From: Promethearchaeota archaeon Loki_b32
GTDB taxonomy: Archaea > Asgardarchaeota > Lokiarchaeia > Sigyniarchaeales > SOKP01
Direction of reading: 5' to 3'
NCBI GenBank assembly: GCA_005223125.1
Contig: NJBH01000036.1
Coordinates: forward strand, 1-38,737
DNA length: 38,737 nt
Part shown: one piece after another, positions 9,989-18,774 of the stretch
Numbering within the stretch: position 1 is the first letter of the stretch
Layout: every line of letters starts with the position of its first letter
Made by a program: the position numbers and the translations under genes
Notes under the pieces: generated by a model
Seen by the model: only the letters and a program-made list of their open reading frames with translations
Told to the model about the DNA's origin: nothing
Database searches by the model: none

Positions 9989-10666
9989 ATAAATATTAAA
10001 ATTGGAGATAAAACTATTTATCCAACAAAAATAATTTGTTTAGGGCGAAATTATATAGATCATGCAAAGGAGATGAAAGCCCAGGTTCCCAAAAATCCAG
10101 TATTTTTCGTGAAAACTGTAAATACATTGGTGGCTGATGGGGATCCTATAATCTACCCGAAAATACTCTACAATAATCAAGATTATAATCAAGTAGATCA
10201 TGAAGTAGAATTAGCATTTATTATTTCTCAGAACTGTAAAAATATTCAAGCCGAACATGGTTATGAATATGTTGAAGGATATACTATTTTTCTTGATATT
10301 ACAGCAAGGAAAATGCAGATTAGCGATAGAAATATAAATTTGCCATGGTATAGGAGTAAAAATTTCGATTTTTTTGGTCCTATTGGTCCTAGAATTGTAA
10401 ATTTTAACGAGATTGAAGATCCTCATAATTTAAACATTCAATTAAAAATAAATGGGGAAATTCGTCAACAATCAAACACAAAACATATGATTTTTAAAAT
10501 TCCAGAAATCTTAGAGTATCTCTCCAAGTTTATCACATTAAGTCCTGGGGATATTGTTGCAACAGGTACACCTAGTGGTGTAGGGCCTATTCAACCAGAA
10601 GATATTATTGAAGCCTCTATAGAAAAAATAGGAACAATTACTCATAAGGTAATTTTAGAAGAATAG
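9989..10666 (+). CDS. Fumarylacetoacetate hydrolase family protein (tandem paralog; probable ATA start)
   Basis: Homology to the upstream paralog extends 28 codons before ATG 10073 (INIKIGDKTIYPTKIICLGRNYIDHAKE); ATA 9989 lies 7 nt after GGTGA. Confidence 0.85.
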   Translation: MNIKIGDKTIYPTKIICLGRNYIDHAKEMKAQVPKNPVFFVKTVNTLVADGDPIIYPKILYNNQDYNQVDHEVELAFIISQNCKNIQAEHGYEYVEGYTIFLDITARKMQISDRNINLPWYRSKNFDFFGPIGPRIVNFNEIEDPHNLNIQLKINGEIRQQSNTKHMIFKIPEILEYLSKFITLSPGDIVATGTPSGVGPIQPEDIIEASIEKIGTITHKVILEE

Positions 10667-10776
10667 TACTACGAGTTAATAAATACGTTGATAATAATTA
10701 AAAAACTAATTTTAATTATCAGAATATATTTAAACAAGTAATTTCATTATTTTCAGTAGTAGATTACAAGATTAAA

Positions 10777-11919
10777 ATGCCAAGAAAAGTATTAATTGCT
10801 TCTGAATCAGCATATCGCAGAAGTTTTCTAGCTGAAATGCTTTCTTCACATAGTGAAATAATTTTAGCTGTTACGGCAAGAAATGGACAAGAAACAGTTA
10901 ATATCATAAAAGCTAAAGACCCTGATGTTTTAATTCTCGATATTGAGTATGAAAATCGAGAGTGGTTAGCACCTTTTAATCTTATAATAAAACAATTAAA
11001 TATACCTACTATTGTTTTAACTGATATAAATCCTAAAAATGTAGATTCACATGAAATTCCCTTCGTCTTACAATCTAATGATTATGTTGTCAAACCTATG
11101 GGTATATGGAAGGATGTACTTCCTACAATTAGAGATATTTTAATCTCTAAAGTGATTTTAGCCCATCTTCCAGAAAAGAGTAAAGTCAATATAAAAGCAG
11201 AGTTATTAAATAAACATATTTTTATACACCAAAGCCAAAAATTAAGAATCAAACCAGAAGTTCAATTTAATGAAACTAAAGAATCCTCAATAGCACGTAC
11301 ATCAGAAGATTATTTTTTAGATCTAACTCCAATCAGTATTACACGATTACCTACTAAGATTGTTGTTATTGGAGCAAGTGTCGGTGGGCCTAGAACCTTA
11401 AGAACAATCTTAAGTGATATTCCCCAAGATTTTCCGGCTCCAATTTTAGTTGTACAACATTTGAATCATCTTTTCATGCGTCAGTTTGTGATGTCTTTAA
11501 AAGATATATGTAAAGTCAATGTAAAAATAGGAATGAATTATGAAGAAATCAATCCTGGAATTATTTATCTCTCACCAGGAGATAAACATATGCAAGTTAC
11601 TGTAAAAAATAATAAACCTTGCATTCGAACGTTTGAAGGAGAACCTGTTAATTTTTGCAGACCCTCCGTTGATGTGTTATTTTATTCAACTGCACGTGTT
11701 TACAAGTATAAAACTCTTGGGATTTTACTGACGGGTATGGGATCTGATGGTGCTTCCGGGTTGATGGCAATCAGACAAGAAGGTGGTAAGACAATTGCTG
11801 AATCTGAGGAAACTAGTATCTTATACGGAATGCCTAAAGTCGCTGCTGAAACTGGTGCAGCGAATCTAATAATACCAAATTATAAAATTGTAGATGAAAT
11901 GATTAGATTTGTAAGTTAA
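10777..11919 (+). CDS. cheB: CheB-like protein-glutamate methylesterase with receiver domain
   Basis: GASVGGP, VVQHL, RPSVDVLF, LTGMGSDG, YGMPK; divergent N-terminal receiver. Confidence 0.85.
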   Translation: MPRKVLIASESAYRRSFLAEMLSSHSEIILAVTARNGQETVNIIKAKDPDVLILDIEYENREWLAPFNLIIKQLNIPTIVLTDINPKNVDSHEIPFVLQSNDYVVKPMGIWKDVLPTIRDILISKVILAHLPEKSKVNIKAELLNKHIFIHQSQKLRIKPEVQFNETKESSIARTSEDYFLDLTPISITRLPTKIVVIGASVGGPRTLRTILSDIPQDFPAPILVVQHLNHLFMRQFVMSLKDICKVNVKIGMNYEEINPGIIYLSPGDKHMQVTVKNNKPCIRTFEGEPVNFCRPSVDVLFYSTARVYKYKTLGILLTGMGSDGASGLMAIRQEGGKTIAESEETSILYGMPKVAAETGAANLIIPNYKIVDEMIRFVS

Positions 11920-11951
11920 AATTTATTAATGAATACTAATATTTTAGCATA

Positions 11952-12134
11952 ATGACCGTAGAAGTTAGTGAAGAAGTTAAGAAAGAAATTTTTAAATTAA
12001 TAGCGACTCCCGGAATTGAAATTGAGGATATTGTTAAAAAAACAAAATTAGATTCCGAAACAATCTTAAACATATTATCTGAAGAATATTTGAGATGCAA
12101 TTTAGACCATGGAAAAAGTTTATGTTGTAGATAA
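11952..12134 (+). CDS. Small hypothetical protein (HTH-like, C-terminal Cys)
   Basis: 60-aa ORF with protein-like composition. Confidence 0.55.
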   Translation: MTVEVSEEVKKEIFKLIATPGIEIEDIVKKTKLDSETILNILSEEYLRCNLDHGKSLCCR

Positions 12135-12337
12135 AAAAATTTTTTAACCTTTATTCATTCACAAAAATACTAAGTAAAAAAAAAATTGTTCTAATAAACT
12201 TAGGACGCAAAATTAAGCGGTTTCAATATATTATAAATATTGGAATGAGTATAAATCATAAAAAACTTAAATTTCGTGTTCTTAACTTTTAGAATATATT
12301 TAAAACCAAGATTAATAAAATAAAACAGTGAGAACAT

Positions 12338-12860
12338 GTGAGTGAAAAAGGAAAAGTGGTCGTAAAAGCTCTTGTAACAGGGGGCAGTGCCAGTGGTGGA
12401 CCCCCGATTGGCCCTGCTGTTGGTCCTACAGGCATAAACGAAAATCGTCTCGATTTTTGATGCATACATTAAAGACGTAGTCGATGAGATCAACAAGCAG
12501 ACAACAGTTTTCAGAGGCCTAACAGTACCAGTCAGAATTGAATGTGATCCAGAAACAAAGCAATTCGAAATTTTTATTGAAACACCTTCTACAGCATCAT
12601 TACTATTAAAAGAAGTTGGAGTTGAAAAAGGGAGTTCAGTATGTTCAGATGAGAAAATTGGTAATTTAACACTTGACCAAGTTCAAAATGTAGTTGAAAC
12701 AAAACGAGAAAAATTCTTAGATAAAACATATAAAACTGCTTTAAAAACTGTTTTAGGAACAGCTCTATCCGTAGGTTTGACAGTTGAAGGAGAAGATCCA
12801 AGAGTAATTCAAGAAAGAATTAATAATGGAGATTATGATGAAAAAATAAGGGGTGACTAG
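12338..12860 (+). CDS. rpl11: 50S ribosomal protein uL11, spliced: join(12338..12437,12466..12860), 164 aa
   Basis: GTG start; ...GGSASGGPPIGPAVGPTGIN|IKDVVDEINKQT..FRGLTVPVRI...ETPSTASLLLKE...GTALSVGLTVEGEDP; first gene of the L11-L1-L10-L12 operon. Confidence 0.93.
12438..12465 (+). other. 28-nt BHB mRNA intron in rpl11
   Basis: Central helix GCAT(12432-35)/ATGC(12460-63); bulges AAA(12436-38) and ATA(12464-66); 9-bp intron stem CGAAAATCG/CGATTTTTG; in-frame TGA at 12458. Confidence 0.88.
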
Positions 12861-12866
12861 TATAAC

Positions 12867-13595
12867 TTGAAAGTGGATGATAAATTATTAAAGAAGTCGT
12901 TAAATGCTGCAATTAATTTTTCTGTTATTAAAAAAGAAGGTTTCAAGGACAAAGTAAGAAAATTCAATGAATCAATAGAGCTTATAATAAATATTAAAGA
13001 TGTCAATCTAAAAGATCCAAAAAATAGAATAGATAAAGAGATCATTTTATCGAATGACGTAATTGCAAATGATAAACCTAATATTTGTATAATTGCTTCA
13101 GATGAAATTTTGCTCGAAGCGAAAAAACTTGGTGTAGATACTCTTGATTCTAATGGTTTAGTCAATTTAAATAATGAAGAGAAAAAATTCAAGAAAAAAT
13201 TTGCTAAAAAATATGATTATTTTGTTGTAGAAGATAAAATGATGAGAGATGTTGCTCGCTACTTAGCAAGATTTCTTGGACCTGTTGGGAAAATGCCAAA
13301 ACCCTTTCCTACGGGATATGGAATTATTTCCAATCCAAATGATTTAAAAGTTGCTTATGAACGATATAAAAGGGTAATTCGAATTCAAATGAAAAAACAA
13401 CCTATCATATTTGTTAAAATTGGTAAAAAATCTATGGATCAAGAAAAATTATATGATAACATGAAAACGGTTATAAATTTTATCGCTGATCAGATGCCAC
13501 ATAAGTTTAATAATTTTAAATCTATGTATCTTAAATCAACTATGGGAAAACCCGTAAAAGTAACAGAGGAATTCCTAAAAAGTATTGAGGTGTAA
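12867..13595 (+). CDS. rpl1: 50S ribosomal protein uL1
   Basis: RKFNESIELIINIKDVNLKDPKNR, LGPVGKMPKP, KSTMGKPVK; operon position. Confidence 0.92.
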   Translation: MKVDDKLLKKSLNAAINFSVIKKEGFKDKVRKFNESIELIINIKDVNLKDPKNRIDKEIILSNDVIANDKPNICIIASDEILLEAKKLGVDTLDSNGLVNLNNEEKKFKKKFAKKYDYFVVEDKMMRDVARYLARFLGPVGKMPKPFPTGYGIISNPNDLKVAYERYKRVIRIQMKKQPIIFVKIGKKSMDQEKLYDNMKTVINFIADQMPHKFNNFKSMYLKSTMGKPVKVTEEFLKSIEV

Positions 13596-13599
13596 AGAT

Positions 13600-14490
13600 T
13601 TGATTAAAAATAAACATATCCTACAATGGAAAATAGATGAAATTAATCATTTAGTTGATTTGTTTAGAAATTATAAGAATGTTGCTGTAATCGAGGTTGC
13701 TCATATAAATGATATGCAATTTCAGACTATGAGAAAGATTTTGAGAGAAGAAGCAGTATTTAGAATGTCTAAAAAATCACTTCAATTACGTGCAATAGAA
13801 CAATTTAAAAATGAATCTAAGAAGAAAAACCTAGATGAATTTGTGAAAAATATCCCAGGCCAATCTAGCCTTGTTTTTACAAATATTGATTTATTTAAAT
13901 TAAAAAATATTTTTCTTGAAAATGAATGGATGGTCCCTGCAAAACCAAATGAAATTACTCCAGTGGATATATTGGTTCCAGCTGGTGATACAGGTTTACC
14001 TACAGGACAAGTGATTAGTGAATTGAATATGACTTTACGATTACCAACGAGAATTATGAATGATACAATACATATTAGGGAGGATACAAGAACTCATAAA
14101 GCAGGGGATTTAGTCACTGTTAAACAAGCAGCAGTTTTAAAGAAATTGGGAATTACTCCTATAGAATCATTAATTAAGATTCATTTTGCCTGGAGTGATG
14201 GTGAAATCATACCTGAAGAAATCTTATATATGAAAATGGATCAATTTAAACAAGATATTGCTACTGCTTATAGACAAGCACTAGGAATTCTTTTTGAAAT
14301 GCCATTCTTCATGGAGGAAATGACAGATGAATATATTCGGAAAGCTGTATCTGAGGCTAATACACTAGACGCAATGATCTTTGGAGAGGGGATCGAAGTA
14401 TCGGCTGAGCCAGAACCTAAAGTTGAAGAAAAAGAAGCTGAGGATGAACCTGAGGAAGAAGAAGTTGGTATTGGAGGTCTTTTTGGCTGA
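13600..14490 (+). CDS. rpl10: 50S ribosomal protein uL10 (P0)
   Basis: WKIDEI, PAGDTGLPTGQVISEL, LKKLGITP, acidic tail ending GIGGLFG; TTG 13600 behind GAGGTG. Confidence 0.92.
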   Translation: MIKNKHILQWKIDEINHLVDLFRNYKNVAVIEVAHINDMQFQTMRKILREEAVFRMSKKSLQLRAIEQFKNESKKKNLDEFVKNIPGQSSLVFTNIDLFKLKNIFLENEWMVPAKPNEITPVDILVPAGDTGLPTGQVISELNMTLRLPTRIMNDTIHIREDTRTHKAGDLVTVKQAAVLKKLGITPIESLIKIHFAWSDGEIIPEEILYMKMDQFKQDIATAYRQALGILFEMPFFMEEMTDEYIRKAVSEANTLDAMIFGEGIEVSAEPEPKVEEKEAEDEPEEEEVGIGGLFG

Positions 14491-14559
14491 ATTTAAAATA
14501 ATTTTATTATCAATAAATTGAATTAAAAATAAAAAATATTAATTAGGAGGTTTAAAAAT

Positions 14560-14850
14560 ATGGAAAGCATCTATGCTGCATTATTGCTTCATAAAGTTGG
14601 TGGAAAGGTTACAGAAGCAAATGTAGAAAAAGTATTAACTGCTGCAGGTGTAAAAGCTGACAAAACAGAAATCGCCAACCTTATTGCTGGTTTAAAAGGA
14701 GCAGATATTGATGAAATTATAAAATCTGCTGGGTCTATACCGGTAATGGCAGCTCCTGCCGGAGGAAAAACTAAAGAAAAGAAGGAAAAAAAGAAGGAAA
14801 AAGAAGAAGAAGTCGAGGAAGAGCCTACGGGGATAGGATCACTTTTTTAA
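14560..14850 (+). CDS. rpl12: 50S ribosomal stalk protein P1/L12
   Basis: MESIYAALLLH, acidic tail ending GIGSLF; AGGAGG SD. Confidence 0.93.
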   Translation: MESIYAALLLHKVGGKVTEANVEKVLTAAGVKADKTEIANLIAGLKGADIDEIIKSAGSIPVMAAPAGGKTKEKKEKKKEKEEEVEEEPTGIGSLF

Positions 14851-14855
14851 TTTAC

Positions 14856-14959
14856 AATGCAGCACAAACCGTAGCGGCGCGAGTTGCGCACAACCTGGTG
14901 ATGTATGATAAGCAAGCTTTACACAGAATAAAAACCAGAATCGATTGAGTGCTGTTATT
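14856..14959. ncRNA. Candidate structured ncRNA of unknown family
   Basis: GC-enriched intergenic island closed by GCAGCAC/GTGCTGT, with internal stems GCGCG/TGCGC and CTGGT/ACCAG. Confidence 0.4.
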
Positions 14960-15292
14960 CCTTGATGTGCTTAATTCATAATTTTTTTATTTGAAATGTT
15001 CTTAAAAAATATACGAAATGAAATAATTTGAATCAATTACTCATAGCTAGGAAATATGAAATAGTAATTATAAAGAAATAATTGTTAATTCTAAATTTAT
15101 CATTTCAATTCCTATTAATTTGTATATCATTCTTTATCTGTAAAATTTCTTTAAATAAATTAGGTCCGAATCGCAAACTTTTTTTTAAATTCATTTTTTT
15201 TTAATATTACATTTCAAATTTAAGAATTTGATATTGACAACTTGATAAAATTATCATAAATAAATTTAAAAAACTCACATTGCTGATGAAAA

Positions 15293-16771
15293 ATGGCTGG
15301 AAAGTTCCTTAAATTCTTCACACCTTTCGTAAAAGTAATGCCAGAAATCAAACAGCCACAGCGTGAGGTTACATTTAAAGAGAAATTTATTTGGACAGCA
15401 ATTGTACTTATTATCTATTTGATAATGAGCAATATTCGATTATACGGAATAAACCTAGAGGAATCCACAGACTATTTTTATTGGTTAAGAGTTATTCTTG
15501 CAAGTCAGAGGGGAACATTAACAGAATTAGGTATTGGCCCAATAGTCACATCGGGTCTAATTATGCAATTACTTCTAGGATCAAGAATAATCAATGTAAA
15601 TATGGCAGATCCATATGATAGAGCAATGTTTACTGGAGCTCAAAAAGTTCTATCTGTGTTTTTAACAATTTTTAATACAATAGCCTATATTATGGGAGGA
15701 GCTTTTGGTTCATTATCAGAAATAGGAATACAAGGAGCATTTTTTATTTTCCTTCAGCTATTATTTGCAGGGATAATAATTATTCTATTAGACGAAGTAC
15801 TTCAAAAAGAGTGGGGCCTTGGTAGCGGAATCTCCCTATTTATAGCAGCAGGGGTTTCTGGTCAGATCTTTTGGAATTGTTTTAGTTTTATTTCTGCTCC
15901 AGATAAGATACCAAGAGGAATTGTCATTGCTTTTTTCACGGTGTTATTTGACGGTAAGGCTGAGACACATTTAGGAACACTTTTGCTAAGAGGAAGTTTA
16001 CCATCAATTCTAGGGATTTTTACAACCGTTGGTATATTTCTTATAGTAATTTGGTTTGAATCTACTCGCGTTGAGATCCCACTTGCATATAGAGGCTATC
16101 GAGGTTTTAAAGGTAAATATCCAATGAAACTACTTTATGTTTCAAATATTCCGGTTATTTTGGTTAACGCATTATATGCTAATTTTCTATTTTTTGGACA
16201 ATTATTAGCGGGGCCCAGTTCAACAATTCGAGCAAGCAATGGCGGGGCAATACCTGATTTTTGGATAAATTTAATAGGCGTATTTAAAGTCCAAACAGCA
16301 ACAGGGGGCGCTACAGGAAATCAACTTATACCAAAATCTGGTTTGATATATTTATTTAGTCCACCAATGGGACTTGATGCGGTGGCAGCAGATCCATTTA
16401 GAGCAATCTTTTATTTATTTATATTTATTTTTCTTTGTATAATGCTCGGCCGTGTTTGGGTCGAAGTCAGTGGTTTAGCACCACGGGATATAGCTCAACA
16501 AATAATAGATTCAAAGATGCAAGTTCCTGGATTCCGAAGTTCAGCTAAAATAATAGAACGAATTTTAAAAAGATATATTCCCACACTCATCATTCTCAAC
16601 GGAATTATTATAGCAGTTTTAAGTTTCACTGCTGATACATTAAGGGCATTGACTTCAGGTACGGGGCTTTTAATAGCCATTGGGATCATCCATAATTATG
16701 CTGAAACTATTTCCAAAGAGCTCGCTGCAGCACAGTATCCTGGCATGCGTGCCATGCTTGGGCTGGATTAA
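15293..16771 (+). CDS. secY: Protein translocase SecY/Sec61alpha
   Basis: GTLTELGIGPIVTSGLIMQLL, WGLGSGISLFIAAG, YPMKLLYVSNIPVIL, PGFRSS. Confidence 0.96.
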   Translation: MAGKFLKFFTPFVKVMPEIKQPQREVTFKEKFIWTAIVLIIYLIMSNIRLYGINLEESTDYFYWLRVILASQRGTLTELGIGPIVTSGLIMQLLLGSRIINVNMADPYDRAMFTGAQKVLSVFLTIFNTIAYIMGGAFGSLSEIGIQGAFFIFLQLLFAGIIIILLDEVLQKEWGLGSGISLFIAAGVSGQIFWNCFSFISAPDKIPRGIVIAFFTVLFDGKAETHLGTLLLRGSLPSILGIFTTVGIFLIVIWFESTRVEIPLAYRGYRGFKGKYPMKLLYVSNIPVILVNALYANFLFFGQLLAGPSSTIRASNGGAIPDFWINLIGVFKVQTATGGATGNQLIPKSGLIYLFSPPMGLDAVAADPFRAIFYLFIFIFLCIMLGRVWVEVSGLAPRDIAQQIIDSKMQVPGFRSSAKIIERILKRYIPTLIILNGIIIAVLSFTADTLRALTSGTGLLIAIGIIHNYAETISKELAAAQYPGMRAMLGLD

Positions 16772-16901
16772 GTTTTGTCAAAAGACATTATTATTTTAAA
16801 TTATATTAATTTACACAGATTACTAAATTCTTTAGACAGCCTATAAGAAAAGTATATCTTCTGAAAACTTTTTAATAATTTCAATATAATAAAATATAGA
16901 G

Positions 16902-17507
16902 ATGTTGTCTTTAATTTTTAAAAATGCTTTTTTAGATTTGATAGATTCACCCCCCGGTTCAATGATCTTTGTTTTATTACTATCTATTGCTACAGCATCA
17001 ATTAGTACAATTTTAACAAAGTGGTTAGTAGATACAGAAGAGATAAACCGTAAGCAGACTCAAATTAAAGGTCATGAAGAAGAAAAACAAAAAATAATTG
17101 ATTTAGCTGAGGTTGACCCTGAACGTTATAGAAAAGCTCGGAAAAGATGGGATCGTAAAGATGTAATGTTAAAGAAAACAAAGCAAAAAATGTCTCTTCA
17201 AAGGATGAAGCCTTCTTGCGTTACATTTCTTCCAATGATAATTATTTTTGGTGTTTTGAATACTGTTGTTTTTCGTGGAGCTCAAGTTGCACTTTCACCT
17301 ATGCATGCGAATGATGTTCCCCTTATAGGAAATTTTATAAGCGCTGGGCCAATTTGGATCAATTTTACGGCATGGTATTTTCTGTGCTCATTAGGTTTAA
17401 ATACACTTATTCAAAGATTGTTAAAAATACAATCTCAGGCTTCTGGAGGTATGGGAGGGATGTTCGCAGGTCAAAAGGCAAAAGCTTTAGAATTTCCAGA
17501 TGTTTAA
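16902..17507 (+). CDS. EMC3/TMCO1 (DUF106, Oxa1-superfamily) membrane protein
   Basis: TM - coiled coil - MKPSCVTFLP - WYFLCS motif; typical secY neighbour. Confidence 0.85.
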   Translation: MLSLIFKNAFLDLIDSPPGSMIFVLLLSIATASISTILTKWLVDTEEINRKQTQIKGHEEEKQKIIDLAEVDPERYRKARKRWDRKDVMLKKTKQKMSLQRMKPSCVTFLPMIIIFGVLNTVVFRGAQVALSPMHANDVPLIGNFISAGPIWINFTAWYFLCSLGLNTLIQRLLKIQSQASGGMGGMFAGQKAKALEFPDV

Positions 17508-17534
17508 AATATCAAGCTAATTGAAAGAGAAATA

Positions 17535-17665
17535 CGCAACGGGAGGGATTTATTCCTATAAGAAGAAGCTTCTTATAGCTCGAACCCCCGAGTGGATACC
17601 CACACCGGCTTTCTGGGAATATCTCCGCTCCAAGCCGGCGCCGTACCGGGCTAGGCAACCGTTGC
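17535..17665 (-). tRNA. tRNA-Ser(GGA) with two BHB introns (37/38: 17611..17627; 58/59: 17550..17579)
   Basis: Acceptor GCAACGG/CCGTTGC, G73, long variable arm, anticodon loop TTGGAG|A, T-loop TTCGA|AT. Confidence 0.88.
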
Positions 17666-17715
17666 ATTTAAAAAAAATAATTAATAAAATATTATTTTAG
17701 ATGTTTTTTTTGAAA

Positions 17716-17988
17716 TTATTTGATTGGGATGGATACAATTTCATTCATTTTCTTTTCTAATTTAGCTTTTTTAATTGCAGCTTCTACTTGCTCATGTGAT
17801 GCTCCTTTTTTAATTTCCAATACATCTGCTATCGGTTCGATGTGTTTGTAATTTACTCTTCTTCTTCGAATGTTTAAACCATCAATAAGTAAGTAATTTT
17901 TATCAATAATATCAACGATGACACAGTAATGTCCAGCGTCTCTTCCCATAGTTTTTACGCATAATCTTCCAATATCATATACGCTCAT
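17716..17988 (-). CDS. rpl14e: 50S ribosomal protein eL14
   Basis: IGRLCVKTMGRDAGHYCVIVDIIDKNY, RRRVNYKHIEP; ATG 17988 behind GGTGA. Confidence 0.93.
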   Translation of the reverse strand: MSVYDIGRLCVKTMGRDAGHYCVIVDIIDKNYLLIDGLNIRRRRVNYKHIEPIADVLEIKKGASHEQVEAAIKKAKLEKKMNEIVSIPIK

Positions 17989-18133
17989 ATAATTTGTCAC
18001 CAAATTATTTCTAGCTAATTCATAATTACTGGCAATTTTAAATCACCAGTAAACATATAAAATTGTTAGTGATTTAAAAAATGCATATAGAAATAAAATT
18101 TTTACGATTTATAAAACTAAAATTTAACTTCAC

Positions 18134-18661
18134 TTATTCTAAAGTTGATAGAATTTTCTCTAGAACGTCTTCAATTGTGAGGTTTTCTGTATCTATTATT
18201 AGGTCATATAAGTCTTGAATTTCCTCTTGATCACTTAAATCGATATTATACAGATGTTTAAATCGTTCTAATTCTGATTTTTCTCTTATTTCTGTCTCTC
18301 TTAGCTTCAATTTATAATTTACATTGTCTCGTTCCGCCATTCGTTTAATTCTGATTTCTAAAGGGCAGATTAATAAAATTTTAAAATCTGCTATAGATTT
18401 TAGAATATATCCACTCAATTGACTATCAATAATTATATTTCCTTTTCGAGCAATTCCAATTATCTTAGAATCCAATTCTTTATCAATTTCAGGGTTTTTT
18501 TCTGCATACTCACTAAATTTTTCTAATGTCATATTCATTTCTTGAGCTAGATCTCTAAAAGCTTGTCCAGTACTATAATATTGGAGTCCTAATTTTTCAG
18601 TGATTAGTTTTGCTATTGTAGATTTACCTGTTCCATGGAGTCCTGAAATGGTTAAGATCAT
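18134..18661 (-). CDS. cmk: Cytidylate kinase (archaeal type)
   Basis: ITISGLHGTGKST-type P-loop, GQAFRDLA, RIKRMAERD, RF..LYNID; lies between rpl34e and rpl14e. Confidence 0.9.
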   Translation of the reverse strand: MILTISGLHGTGKSTIAKLITEKLGLQYYSTGQAFRDLAQEMNMTLEKFSEYAEKNPEIDKELDSKIIGIARKGNIIIDSQLSGYILKSIADFKILLICPLEIRIKRMAERDNVNYKLKLRETEIREKSELERFKHLYNIDLSDQEEIQDLYDLIIDTENLTIEDVLEKILSTLE

Positions 18662-18774
18662 TATTTTTAGTTATTTCAAATTAATAGATTAATTCAACTA
18701 AAAAGAATATAGTATTTGTCTTTTACTATTATAGGTCAATATTTTAGAAGAATTTAGAAGATCAGATATAAATC

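Noticed and set aside
12338-12860. rpl11 as a pseudogene, programmed frameshift or Sec-readthrough gene
   Set aside because: The disruption is a discrete 28-nt insert with exact BHB geometry; there is no other decay, and a frameshift would add foreign residues in a conserved motif.
14868-14900. CCGTAGCGGC similarity to the 5S rRNA 5' region
   Set aside because: No downstream CCGAAC/GTTAAG loops or 5S helix pattern.
16205-16330. Gly/Ala-rich GC-rich segments in secY as hidden in-frame introns
   Set aside because: No hairpin or BHB found by eye and they fall in a variable loop. A computational BHB scan is still needed to exclude in-frame introns anywhere in the window.
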